This document shows positions 1 to 8,092 of a DNA stretch of 32,000 bases, piece by piece (position 1 is the first letter of the stretch; the number at the start of each line of letters is the position of its first letter). The translations under genes were made by a program, and so were the position numbers. The stretch is from Geobacter sulfurreducens PCA. GTDB lineage: Bacteria; Desulfobacterota; Desulfuromonadia; Geobacterales; Geobacteraceae. Below the pieces are notes generated by a model, which worked only from the letters and a program-made list of their open reading frames with translations, had not been told where the DNA came from and made no database searches. The stretch lies in assembly GCF_000007985.2 (NCBI RefSeq), contig NC_002939.5, positions 3,060,001 through 3,092,000 on the forward strand, given 5' to 3'.

Positions 1-405
1 ATCAATCCGGAGGTGGATGCCGAATCGCGCAACATCAAGGTCCAGGCCACGGTGGCCAACCGGGGGGAAAAGCTGCGCCCCGGCATGTTCGTGAACGTGG
101 CGGTGGGGCTTCCCGTGCAGGAGAAGGTGCTCGCCATCCCGGCCACGGCGGTGCTCTACGCGCCCTACAGTGATTCGGTCTTCGTGGTGGAGGACGACAA
201 GGACAAGAAGGGGAAGGTGCTGCGCCAGCAGTTCGTGCGCCTCGGCACCAAGCGGGGCGACTTCGTGGCGGTGACCAGCGGGCTCAAGGAGGGCGAGCAG
301 GTGGTGAGCACCGGCGTCTTCAAGCTGCGCAACGGCCAGGCCGCGGTGGTGGACAACAAGCTCGCCCCCACGTTCCAGCAGGCACCGAATCCGGAGAATA
401 ATTAG
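1..405 (+). CDS. RND efflux periplasmic adaptor (membrane fusion protein), C-terminal part; 5' end lies outside the window
   Basis: Frame 1 is open from base 1 (INPEVDAESRNIKVQATVAN...). The sequence is typical of the C-terminal domains of HlyD/AcrA-family adaptors. It sits directly upstream of an RND permease. Confidence 0.8.
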   Translation: MNPEVDAESRNIKVQATVANRGEKLRPGMFVNVAVGLPVQEKVLAIPATAVLYAPYSDSVFVVEDDKDKKGKVLRQQFVRLGTKRGDFVAVTSGLKEGEQVVSTGVFKLRNGQAAVVDNKLAPTFQQAPNPENN

Positions 406-478
406 ACACCCCAAAAACTGCCAACGCTTCTAACTGCTTGTTACCATGACAAAACCTGACAACTCGACAGCTCATCTC

Positions 479-530
479 ACCCCCCTGCCTTCGGCTTCCC
501 CCCTATTGTATAGGGGGGACTGAGGGGGGT
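479..530 (+). other. nested C-tract/G-tract hairpin element in the adaptor-permease intergenic spacer
   Basis: The outer stem pairs ACCCCCC (479..485) with GGGGGGT (524..530). The inner 10-bp stem pairs TCCCCCCTAT (497..506) with ATAGGGGGGA (510..519) around a 3-nt loop. Confidence 0.5.
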
Positions 531-581
531 CGAATAGTCAATGCACTTGTTAGTATCTTGAACGAGGCTCCACATACCGCC

Positions 582-3500
582 ATGAACATTACCGACCTTT
601 TTATCCGCCGCCCCGTGCTGGCCCTGGTGGTCAGCCTGATCATCGTCATCGCCGGCCTCCAGGCGATCCGCAGCCTGAACGTGCGCCAGTACCCCCGCAG
701 CGAGAACGCGGCGGTGACCGTAACCACCGTGTACGTGGGGGCCAGCGCCGACCTGGTGCGGGGCTTCGTCACCACGCCGCTGGAACGGGCCATTGCCGCG
801 GCAGACGGCATCGAGTACATGGAGTCCCAGAGTACCCTGGGGCTTTCCACCATCAAGGTGCGCCTGAAGCTGAACTACGACGGCACCAAGGCCCTGGCCG
901 AGATCAGCTCCAAGGTGGACCAGGTGCGCCGCGACCTGCCGCCCGAGGCGGAGGTGCCGGTCATCAACATCGAGTCGGCCGACAGCGAGTTCGCTTCGGC
1001 CTACCTGAGCTTCTCCTCAGACATCCTCCAGCAGAACGAGATCACCGACTACCTGGTGCGGATCGTCCAGCCGCGGCTTTCGGCGATCCAGGGGGTGCAG
1101 CGGGCCGACGTGCTGGGGGCCCGCACCTTTGCCATGCGGATCTGGCTGAAGCCCGACCGGATGGCGGCCCTCAACGTGAGCCCGGCCCAGGTGCGCGAGG
1201 CCCTGGCGGCCAACAACTTCCTGGCCGCCCTGGGGCGGACCAAGGGGTCCCTGATCCAGGTGAACCTCACCGCCAACACCAACCTGAACACGGTGGAGGA
1301 GTTCCGGCAGCTGGTGGTGCGGCGCCAGGACGGCGCCCTGGTGCGGCTGTCCGACATCGCCGACGTGTCGCTGGGGGCCGAGGACTATGACGCCGAGGTC
1401 CGCTTCTCGGGCCAGACCGCCGTGTTCATGGGGATCTGGCCCCTGCCCAACGCCAACTCCCTCGACGTGATCAAGCGGGTAAGGACGGAGATGGCGGCCA
1501 TCCAGAGGGACCTCCCCTCGGGGCTTCAGGCCCGCGTGGCCTACGACGCCACCGATTACATCGACAACGCCATCCGGGAAGTGCTCAAGACCCTGAGCGA
1601 GACCCTGCTCATCGTCATCGTGGTGATTTTCCTCTTCCTGGGCTCCCTCCGCTCGTCCCTGGTGCCGGTGGTGGCGATCCCGGTGTCGCTCATCGGCGCC
1701 GTGTTCCTGATGCAGGCCTTCGGCTTCACCGTGAACCTGCTGACGCTCCTGGCCATCGTCCTGTCGGTGGGGCTCGTGGTGGACGACGCCATCGTGGTGG
1801 TGGAGAACGTGGAGCGGCACATGCGGGAGGGGCAGTCGCCCCTGGAAGCGGCGTTCCTCGGCGCCCGGGAGCTGGTGGGGCCCATCATCGCCATGACCAT
1901 CACCCTGGCCGCCGTCTACCTCCCCATCGGCCTCCAAGGGGGGCTGACCGGCTCCCTGTTCCGGGAGTTCGCCTTTACCCTGGCCGGGGCGGTGACCATT
2001 TCCGGAGTGGTTGCCCTGACCCTGTCGCCGGTCATGTCGGCCAAGTTCCTGAAGCCGGGCGCCGGCGAGCACGGCCTGGCCGGACGGATCAGCCGCGACT
2101 TCAACCGGCTCAAGGATGCCTACGGCCGCTGGCTCGACGCCACCCTGGCCGCCCGGCCGGCAGTCTATACGGTCTGGCTGGTGGTGAGTCTCCTGGCCAT
2201 CCCCATGTTCACTATGTCGGCGCGGGAGCTGGCCCCCACCGAGGACCAGGGGGTCATCTTCGGCATCCTGGACGCCTCGGCCAACTCGACCCTGGACCAG
2301 ACGAGCCGCTACGCCGCCGCGGCCAACAAGGTGTTCATGGGCATCCCCGAGACCGACTTCACCTTCCAGATCACCTTCCCCAACTCGGGCTTCGGCGGCA
2401 TGGTCACCAAGCCGTGGGACGAGCGGGAGCGGACCGTGTTCCAGATGATGCCCGAGGTTCAGCAAAAGCTGGCCGCCATCCCCGGCATCCAGATGTTCCC
2501 GGTGACCCCGCCGGCCCTCCCCGGAGGCGGGCAATTCCCGGTGGAGTTCATCCTGGCCTCCACCGCCGAGACCGGCCAGATCCTCGAGTTCGCCCAGAAG
2601 CTCCAGCTGAAGGCCATGCAGAGCGGCATGTTCGCCTTTCCGCCCATCATCGACGTGAAGATCGACCAGCCCGAGGCCCGGTTCGAGATCGACCGGGACA
2701 AGGTGGCCGCCCTGGGCCTCAACCTGGAACAGGTGGGGGCCGATCTGGGCGCCATGGTGGGGGGGAACTTCGTCAACCGTTTCGACATCGCCGGACGGAG
2801 CTACAAGGTCATCCCCCAGATCGAGCGGGTGGGACGCCTCAACCCCGAGCAGCTCTCGTCGGTCTACATCACCGGCCCCGAGGGTAAGCTCATCCCCCTG
2901 TCCACCGTTGCCAGCCTGAAGGAGACCGTGGTTCCCCGCTCCCTCAACCGGTTCCAGCAGCTGAACGCGGTCAAGCTGAGCGGCGTGGCCGTGCGCCCCC
3001 TGGACGAGGCGCTTCGCTTCCTGGAAGGGGAGGCGGCAAAAATCCTGCCCCAGGGATACGTGCTCGACTACACCGGCGAGTCGCGCCAGCTCCGCACCGA
3101 GGGGAACAAGTTCCTCCCGGCCTTCGCCCTGGCCATTGTCCTGATCTTCCTGGTGCTGGCGGCCCAGTTCAACAGCTTCCGGGACCCCTTCGTCATCCTG
3201 GCCGGCTCGGTCCCCCTGGCCATATTCGGGGCACTCATCTTCACCTTCCTGAAGATGCCAGACCCCAACGTGGCCTTCTGGACCCACGGCTGGACCACCA
3301 CCCTCAACATCTACTCACAGGTGGGACTGGTGACCCTGGTGGGGCTGGTGTCCAAGAACGGCATCCTGATCGTGGAGTTCGCCAACCAGCCCCAGCTCCA
3401 GGGGCTGTCCAAGCACGACGCCGTACGCCAGGCAGCCATGACCCGCCTCAGGCCGATCATGATGACCACCGCGGCCACCATTGCCGGCCACTTTCCCCTG

Positions 3501-3692
3501 ACCCTGGTCTCCGGCGCCGGCGCTGCGGCCCGGAATTCCATCGGCCTCGTGCTGGTGGGGGGGATGTTCGTGGGCACCCTCTTCACCCTGTTCGTGGTCC
3601 CCTCCATCTACATGCTGGTGGCCCGCGACCACAGCCGCGACCGGGAGCGCGAGGCGACGGTGGCGGCCGAAGGTGCGGCGACCAATCCCTGA
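582..3692 (+). CDS. RND (AcrB/MdtB-like) efflux permease, 1036 aa
   Basis: The canonical RND N-terminus MNITDLFIRRPVLA starts at ATG 582; the track ORF begins at an upstream TTG at 558. It has two large periplasmic loops and multiple TM blocks. The conserved TM4 motif GLVVDDAIVVVENVERH is present. Confidence 0.95.
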   Translation: MNITDLFIRRPVLALVVSLIIVIAGLQAIRSLNVRQYPRSENAAVTVTTVYVGASADLVRGFVTTPLERAIAAADGIEYMESQSTLGLSTIKVRLKLNYDGTKALAEISSKVDQVRRDLPPEAEVPVINIESADSEFASAYLSFSSDILQQNEITDYLVRIVQPRLSAIQGVQRADVLGARTFAMRIWLKPDRMAALNVSPAQVREALAANNFLAALGRTKGSLIQVNLTANTNLNTVEEFRQLVVRRQDGALVRLSDIADVSLGAEDYDAEVRFSGQTAVFMGIWPLPNANSLDVIKRVRTEMAAIQRDLPSGLQARVAYDATDYIDNAIREVLKTLSETLLIVIVVIFLFLGSLRSSLVPVVAIPVSLIGAVFLMQAFGFTVNLLTLLAIVLSVGLVVDDAIVVVENVERHMREGQSPLEAAFLGARELVGPIIAMTITLAAVYLPIGLQGGLTGSLFREFAFTLAGAVTISGVVALTLSPVMSAKFLKPGAGEHGLAGRISRDFNRLKDAYGRWLDATLAARPAVYTVWLVVSLLAIPMFTMSARELAPTEDQGVIFGILDASANSTLDQTSRYAAAANKVFMGIPETDFTFQITFPNSGFGGMVTKPWDERERTVFQMMPEVQQKLAAIPGIQMFPVTPPALPGGGQFPVEFILASTAETGQILEFAQKLQLKAMQSGMFAFPPIIDVKIDQPEARFEIDRDKVAALGLNLEQVGADLGAMVGGNFVNRFDIAGRSYKVIPQIERVGRLNPEQLSSVYITGPEGKLIPLSTVASLKETVVPRSLNRFQQLNAVKLSGVAVRPLDEALRFLEGEAAKILPQGYVLDYTGESRQLRTEGNKFLPAFALAIVLIFLVLAAQFNSFRDPFVILAGSVPLAIFGALIFTFLKMPDPNVAFWTHGWTTTLNIYSQVGLVTLVGLVSKNGILIVEFANQPQLQGLSKHDAVRQAAMTRLRPIMMTTAATIAGHFPLTLVSGAGAAARNSIGLVLVGGMFVGTLFTLFVVPSIYMLVARDHSRDREREATVAAEGAATNP

Positions 3693-3707
3693 CCCCAAGG
3701 AGACACC

Positions 3708-4283
3708 ATGAGCTACCGACCCACCCGTGACGATGCCTGGAACCTGCTCGCCGAGTACGTGCCCAGCGACAACCTGCGGCGGCACGCCCTGGCCGTGGAG
3801 GCGGTGATGCGCCACATGGCACGCAAGCGGGGCGAAGATGAGGAGATGTGGGGGATTATCGGGCTGGTGCACGACATCGACTACGAGCGCCACCCGGACG
3901 AGCACTGCGCCCATGCGCCGGAGATCCTGCGTTCCCGCGGCTGGCCCGAGGAGTACATCCGGGCGGTCCTGGCCCACGGCTGGGGCCTGTGCACCGACGT
4001 GGAGCCCCTCACCGACCTGGAGAAGACCCTCTACACCATCGACGAGCTGACGGGGCTGGTGGCGGCCGCCGCCCTGGTCCGGCCGTCCCGGAGCATCCTG
4101 GACCTGCCGGTGAAGAGCGTGCTCAAGAAGTGGAAGGACAAGGCGTTTGCCGCCGGAGCCAACCGGGGGGTCATCGAGCAGGGGGCCGCCATGCTCGGCA
4201 TGGAGCCGGCCGACCTGATCGGGGAAACCATCGAGGGGATGAAACCGGCGGCCGAGGAGATCGGTCTCAGGGGCACCCTCTGA
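3708..4283 (+). CDS. HD-domain metal-dependent phosphohydrolase family protein, 191 aa
   Basis: Has an H...HD...H signature (RRHALAVEAV..., GLVHDIDYERHPDEH). An RBS AAGGAG lies 6 nt upstream. It starts only 15 nt after the RND permease stop, suggesting co-transcription. Confidence 0.8.
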   Translation: MSYRPTRDDAWNLLAEYVPSDNLRRHALAVEAVMRHMARKRGEDEEMWGIIGLVHDIDYERHPDEHCAHAPEILRSRGWPEEYIRAVLAHGWGLCTDVEPLTDLEKTLYTIDELTGLVAAAALVRPSRSILDLPVKSVLKKWKDKAFAAGANRGVIEQGAAMLGMEPADLIGETIEGMKPAAEEIGLRGTL

Positions 4284-4339
4284 CAGACTGTTGAAAAACT
4301 GGCGCAGGGACCGGATGCAAGCCGGCGGGCAGCGGAAAG

Positions 4340-4612
4340 CTACTGACCTGCCGGGCTGCGGCCCGCCTCCTCCAGCCGCCTGATGCTCCCTTCGAGCACG
4401 GCGTTGTTCACCCCCATCCCCATGTAGCCGGTCTGGCCGTAGGTGTCGTAGAGCGCCACCTGTCCGGCCAGGTCGGCGATATCGGCCGCCAGGTGCCGGT
4501 AGCGCTCCGGCTGACCGGCGATGCGGCAGAGCCGCTCGGCCAGGAAATCGGGCAGGTCGTTCTCCTCCCGGGCACGGGCAACGGCCCGCCGCAGTTCCTC
4601 GAAGATATCCAT
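4340..4612 (-). CDS. small hypothetical protein (90 aa), paralog of the gene at 4624..4872
   Basis: An internal ATG (MDIFEELRRAV...) is preceded by a G-rich RBS (GAGGGGGG). It aligns without gaps to the neighbouring 82-aa protein (26 identical positions by hand). The track ORF's longer N-terminus overlaps the upstream gene and is rejected. Confidence 0.6.
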   Translation of the reverse strand: MDIFEELRRAVARAREENDLPDFLAERLCRIAGQPERYRHLAADIADLAGQVALYDTYGQTGYMGMGVNNAVLEGSIRRLEEAGRSPAGQ

Positions 4613-4623
4613 GCCATCCCCCC

Positions 4624-4872
4624 TCATTCGTCCAGCCACCGCAGGGTCCGCTTGATGTCCTCGTGGTCGTAGGCCCACTTGCAGCAGCCGGTCTCGGCGT
4701 AGGGATCGTACTCCCTCACCTGGGCCACCAGAATCTCCACCAGGTATTCCTTGCCGGCGTAGCACTCCGGGGTTCTCGCCACGGCCAGGGCCGGGTCGGC
4801 CAGCCAGTGGGGGAGCTCGCCCTGCTCGAACTGGGCGAGCGTTGCCTGTTCCAGTTCTTCGAAAACGGTCAT
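4624..4872 (-). CDS. small hypothetical protein (82 aa) with a Cys-Cys pair
   Basis: RBS GGAGG lies 6 nt upstream of the ATG, which is 13 nt after the desulfurase stop. Third-position G/C is high. Shares MxxFEEL, LPxWLA, PExY and YDxYxxTG with the downstream paralog. Confidence 0.7.
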   Translation of the reverse strand: MTVFEELEQATLAQFEQGELPHWLADPALAVARTPECYAGKEYLVEILVAQVREYDPYAETGCCKWAYDHEDIKRTLRWLDE

Positions 4873-4885
4873 TGAAACCTCCTCG

Positions 4886-6022
4886 TCATGATGCGCGGAG
4901 TCCGCGCAGGATGGAGACGACCTCGTCCCAGTCCACGGCCGGGGTCAGGTGGCACCAGGAAAGCCGCAGCGACGTCTCGACCCGCTCCGGGGAAAGCCCC
5001 ATGGCGGTGAGAACGTGGCTCGGCGCCCGGGTGTGGGAGGTGCAGGCCGAGGTGCTCGACACGGCAATGACCCCCTTGAGGGCGGTGATGGCCCGGTCGG
5101 CCTCGATCCCGGCCAGGGAAAGGTTCACGGCATGGGGAAGGACGTGCTCCTGGTCGCCGTTGAGGGTCGGCTCCAGTGGGGCCAGGGCGGCCAGGAGTTT
5201 TTCCCGGAAGGCGCGGTTGGCGGCGGAGCGCGCCTCGTGGGTGCGCACCGCCAGCTTGGCTGCCTCGCCGAAACCGGCAATGAGGGGGACGGGCAGGGTT
5301 CCGGGCCGCAGCCCCTGCTCCTGGCCGCCGCCCAGCATCAGGGGCCGCAGCGGCGGAAAGGCGCGGTCCCGCTTGCGGGCGATGAGGGCGCCCACCCCCT
5401 TGGGGGCGTAGATCTTGTGGCCGCTCACGGCGATCAGGTCGATCCGCGGATTGCGCAGACCGTCGATCTCCTTGCCGAAGCCCTGGGCCGCGTCCACGTG
5501 CCAGTAGGCGCCGTGGCCGGCCAGGATCTCAGCCAGTTCGGCCAGGGGCTGGACCACGCCGGTTTCGTTGTTGACGTGCATGGTGGAAACGAGAAGGGTG
5601 TCAGGCCGGAGCGCCGCACGCAGCCGGTCAGGGTCCAGCCGCCCCGACGCCCCCACGGGGAGGAGCTCCACCTGGAATCCGCGGCGCGCCAGCTCTTCCA
5701 GCGGTTCGAGCACCGCCTTGTGCTCGACGGCCGTGCTGATCACATGACGTCGCCCGCATGCCAGGCCGTGGTCCGCCAGGCCCAGGAGCGCCAGGTTGTC
5801 GGCCTCGGTAGCCCCGCTGGTGAAGATCACCTCGTCCCGCCGGGCAGCCGCCACCTCAGCCACCTGGCCCCGGGCATGCTCAACCGCCAGCCGCGCGAAC
5901 ACTCCGAAATCATGAATGGGGCTCGCCGCGTTGCCGTAATCCCGCTCCATGAAGCGGGTCACCACGGCCATGACGGCCGGCTCCAGGGGGGTCGTGGCAT
6001 TACAGTCCAGGTAGACGGTCAT
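4886..6022 (-). CDS. cysteine desulfurase, NifS/IscS-type class V aminotransferase, 378 aa
   Basis: Has the PLP-lysine motif SGHKIYAPKGVGAL and the active-site cysteine loop SSTSACTSH. The N-terminus YLDCNATTP is typical of the family. RBS GGGAGG is present. Confidence 0.9.
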   Translation of the reverse strand: MTVYLDCNATTPLEPAVMAVVTRFMERDYGNAASPIHDFGVFARLAVEHARGQVAEVAAARRDEVIFTSGATEADNLALLGLADHGLACGRRHVISTAVEHKAVLEPLEELARRGFQVELLPVGASGRLDPDRLRAALRPDTLLVSTMHVNNETGVVQPLAELAEILAGHGAYWHVDAAQGFGKEIDGLRNPRIDLIAVSGHKIYAPKGVGALIARKRDRAFPPLRPLMLGGGQEQGLRPGTLPVPLIAGFGEAAKLAVRTHEARSAANRAFREKLLAALAPLEPTLNGDQEHVLPHAVNLSLAGIEADRAITALKGVIAVSSTSACTSHTRAPSHVLTAMGLSPERVETSLRLSWCHLTPAVDWDEVVSILRGLRAS

Positions 6023-6144
6023 ACAATCCTCCCGCTCCGAACGGTGAGTGGGGACGCGGAGCCACTGCTCTTGCCCCTGTGCTGATAGTAGGCAAGAGAA
6101 CTCGATAAATACAATAGATTATTTTTATCGTCTTGATAACAGAA

Positions 6145-6153
6145 TGCTATAAT
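6145..6153 (+). promoter_or_regulatory. candidate extended -10 promoter (TGcTATAAT) for the LysR gene
   Basis: A perfect TATAAT at 6148..6153 is preceded by TG at 6145..6146, inside an AT-rich divergent intergenic region. The -35 position is poor (TTATCG) and overlaps a TTATC-N5-GATAA dyad. Confidence 0.4.
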
Positions 6154-6329
6154 TAACCAACACCGGATGCACAGCGGACAAACACGGGATAAAGGGACTT
6201 GATCGCCTGACAACAACTGCGGGTTTCCCGCAGAAACGGTCTTTGCAAATGCAGTCACCCCTGTAACCCATACCGATCAGCTATGGTTTAACAGCATTGA
6301 CCGGCTCACACCCGCACGAAAGGTCACCC

Positions 6330-7247
6330 ATGGAAATCAGACAGTTGCGCTTTTTCATCGAGATCGCCCGGAAACTGAGCTTCACCCGGGCGGCGGAAAC
6401 GCTCCACATAGCACAGCCCGCCCTGAGCACCGCCATCAGGAAGCTGGAGGACGAGCTGGGGCTTACGCTCTTCAACCGCAGCGACCGGAAGATCGCCCTC
6501 ACGGCGGAGGGAGAAACATTCCTGCGCCACGCAACGGCAATCCTTGACGACGTGCGGAAGGCGGAGCGGGAGATGGCCGACATCCGTGGACTAACGGCGG
6601 GGGAGGTACGAGTGGGGGTGACTCCGATGCTCAGCACCTACTTTTTCCCGAAGATCATCGCCGGGTTCAAAAAGCGTCACCCTGCCCTGCAGCTATCGGT
6701 GTACGGTGACAGCGCCGCGCGGATTCAGCGGATGGTCGCGGGCGGAGAGCTCGATATGGGGGTTGTGGCCGGCGGTGCCATCCCGGAGGACCTGGAATAC
6801 CATCATCTCCTCCATGAGGAGATCGTGGCCTGCGTTCCGGCCGATCACCCCCTGGCCGGTCGGAAGTCGGTTCCCTTTGCCGAGCTGCTGCGTGAACCGC
6901 TGATCCTCTTCAAGGAGGGATACCATCTGCGGGAACTGATCGACGAAGCCGCAGCCCACGTCGGGGAAGCCCCCCGGGCGGTGTTCGAGTCGAACCTCTT
7001 CTCTCTTATCAGGAACCTGGTCCTGGAGGGAGTCGGGATTTCATTCCTGCTGCGGATGGTGGTCGCCGACGAGAAGGATCTTGTAGCGCTGCGCTGCGAC
7101 CCTCCCCTCCACCTGGATCTCTTCATCGCCTGGAAACGGCAGACAGGGCTCTCGCGGGCAAACCGCGCCTTTGCCGATTACCTCATTGACCAGACCGACG
7201 AATACTACCGGCTGTCGGAGATGTACGGCTCTTTCCCGTTGCCCTAG
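6330..7247 (+). CDS. LysR-family transcriptional regulator, 305 aa
   Basis: Has the N-terminal wHTH signature MEIRQLRFFIEIARKLSFTRAAETLHIAQPALSTAIRKLEDELG. The C-terminal part looks like a LysR substrate-binding domain. Starts at ATG 6330; the track start at 6297 is TTG. Confidence 0.9.
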   Translation: MEIRQLRFFIEIARKLSFTRAAETLHIAQPALSTAIRKLEDELGLTLFNRSDRKIALTAEGETFLRHATAILDDVRKAEREMADIRGLTAGEVRVGVTPMLSTYFFPKIIAGFKKRHPALQLSVYGDSAARIQRMVAGGELDMGVVAGGAIPEDLEYHHLLHEEIVACVPADHPLAGRKSVPFAELLREPLILFKEGYHLRELIDEAAAHVGEAPRAVFESNLFSLIRNLVLEGVGISFLLRMVVADEKDLVALRCDPPLHLDLFIAWKRQTGLSRANRAFADYLIDQTDEYYRLSEMYGSFPLP

Positions 7248-7256
7248 CTACCATTC

Positions 7257-7284
7257 TTGACACCTCCGGATTGCCTGTTATTTT
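7257..7284 (+). promoter_or_regulatory. candidate sigma-70 promoter (TTGACA-N16-TATTTT) upstream of the OsmC-like gene
   Basis: Hexamers read directly from the sequence: TTGACA at 7257..7262 and TATTTT at 7279..7284. Confidence 0.4.
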
Positions 7285-7402
7285 TTGAGCACAAACCACC
7301 CTGCCCGCCCGTCCCCTGCCACCGAAAAACGCACGCTTCCCGACACGGCCTTCGCCCCCTTGCGCAGAGGGGCCTCAACGACCCGGCAAAGGAGGATTCA
7401 CC

Positions 7403-7963
7403 ATGTCCCAGACAACGGTAGTAAACGGTGTGAACGTGGACCAGCTCATGGCCACCATCGAGCAGATCAAGGCAAAGCCGGAGATAGCGCAGTTCAAATT
7501 CCGCGCCACCAACCAATGGATGGGGGGAACCCACAACCAGGCAACCATAAAGGACTTCTATGGAGCCTGCGCCGAAGACGACACCCGGAAGCCGATGGTG
7601 TTCGACCTGGACGAACCGCCGGTGCTGCTGGGGGAGAACCGGGGCGCCAACCCGGTGGAATACCTCCTGGTTGCCCTGTCGGGCTGCCTCACGACGAGCC
7701 TGGTGGCCCATGCGGCGGCCCGGGGCATTGCGCTGCGGGGAGTGAAATCCCGCTACGAGGGGGATATCGACCTGCGGGGCTTCTTGGGTCTGTCCGAGGA
7801 GGTGCCGGTGGGATACCGGGAAATCCGGGTCTTCTTCTCCATCGACGCGGACCTGACCGACGGGCAGAAGGAGGAGCTCATCCGGATGGCTCAGAAGTAT
7901 TCGCCGGTGTACAACACCGTGGCCAAGCCGGTGCCGGTTGCGGTCCTGCTGGACCGGGGCTGA
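7403..7963 (+). CDS. OsmC/Ohr-family protein, 186 aa
   Basis: Strong RBS AAAGGAGG. Has an OsmC-like core (VEYLLVALSGCLTTSLV ... AQKYSPVYNTV). Only the first of the two usual catalytic cysteines is present; the second position reads Ser. Confidence 0.8.
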   Translation: MSQTTVVNGVNVDQLMATIEQIKAKPEIAQFKFRATNQWMGGTHNQATIKDFYGACAEDDTRKPMVFDLDEPPVLLGENRGANPVEYLLVALSGCLTTSLVAHAAARGIALRGVKSRYEGDIDLRGFLGLSEEVPVGYREIRVFFSIDADLTDGQKEELIRMAQKYSPVYNTVAKPVPVAVLLDRG

Positions 7964-8092
7964 TACCACACGGGCCGGCAACGGCGGAGGGGTGACGCGC
8001 CGCGCAGGAGTGGAGGAAAAGGCGCAGGCACGCTATTGTGCGGGGAAACACTGGATTGGAGCTCGTGCGGGACCAACCGGGCAGGGTAGGAG

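Noticed and set aside
1017-3287. 756-aa minus-strand ORF, plus several shorter ones, inside the RND permease gene
   Set aside because: It is antisense to a confidently identified RND permease. Its composition is low-complexity and rich in G, H, D, E, P and Q, which is typical of open antisense frames in GC-rich DNA. No RBS or recognisable motifs.
4949-6085. 378-aa plus-strand ORF mirroring the cysteine desulfurase
   Set aside because: It is an exact antisense shadow of a gene with clear PLP and active-site motifs. Gly/Arg/Pro-rich with no motifs.
6019-6258. 79-aa minus-strand ORF in the AT-rich nifS-like/LysR intergenic region
   Set aside because: It overlaps the desulfurase start codon region, has no RBS and has an odd composition. 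The region carries promoter and operator signals instead.
7244-7995. 245-aa minus-strand and 236-aa plus-strand ORFs overlapping the OsmC-like gene
   Set aside because: They are alternative frames over a gene that has a strong RBS and family motifs. Their composition is Arg/Pro/Gly-rich and non-protein-like.
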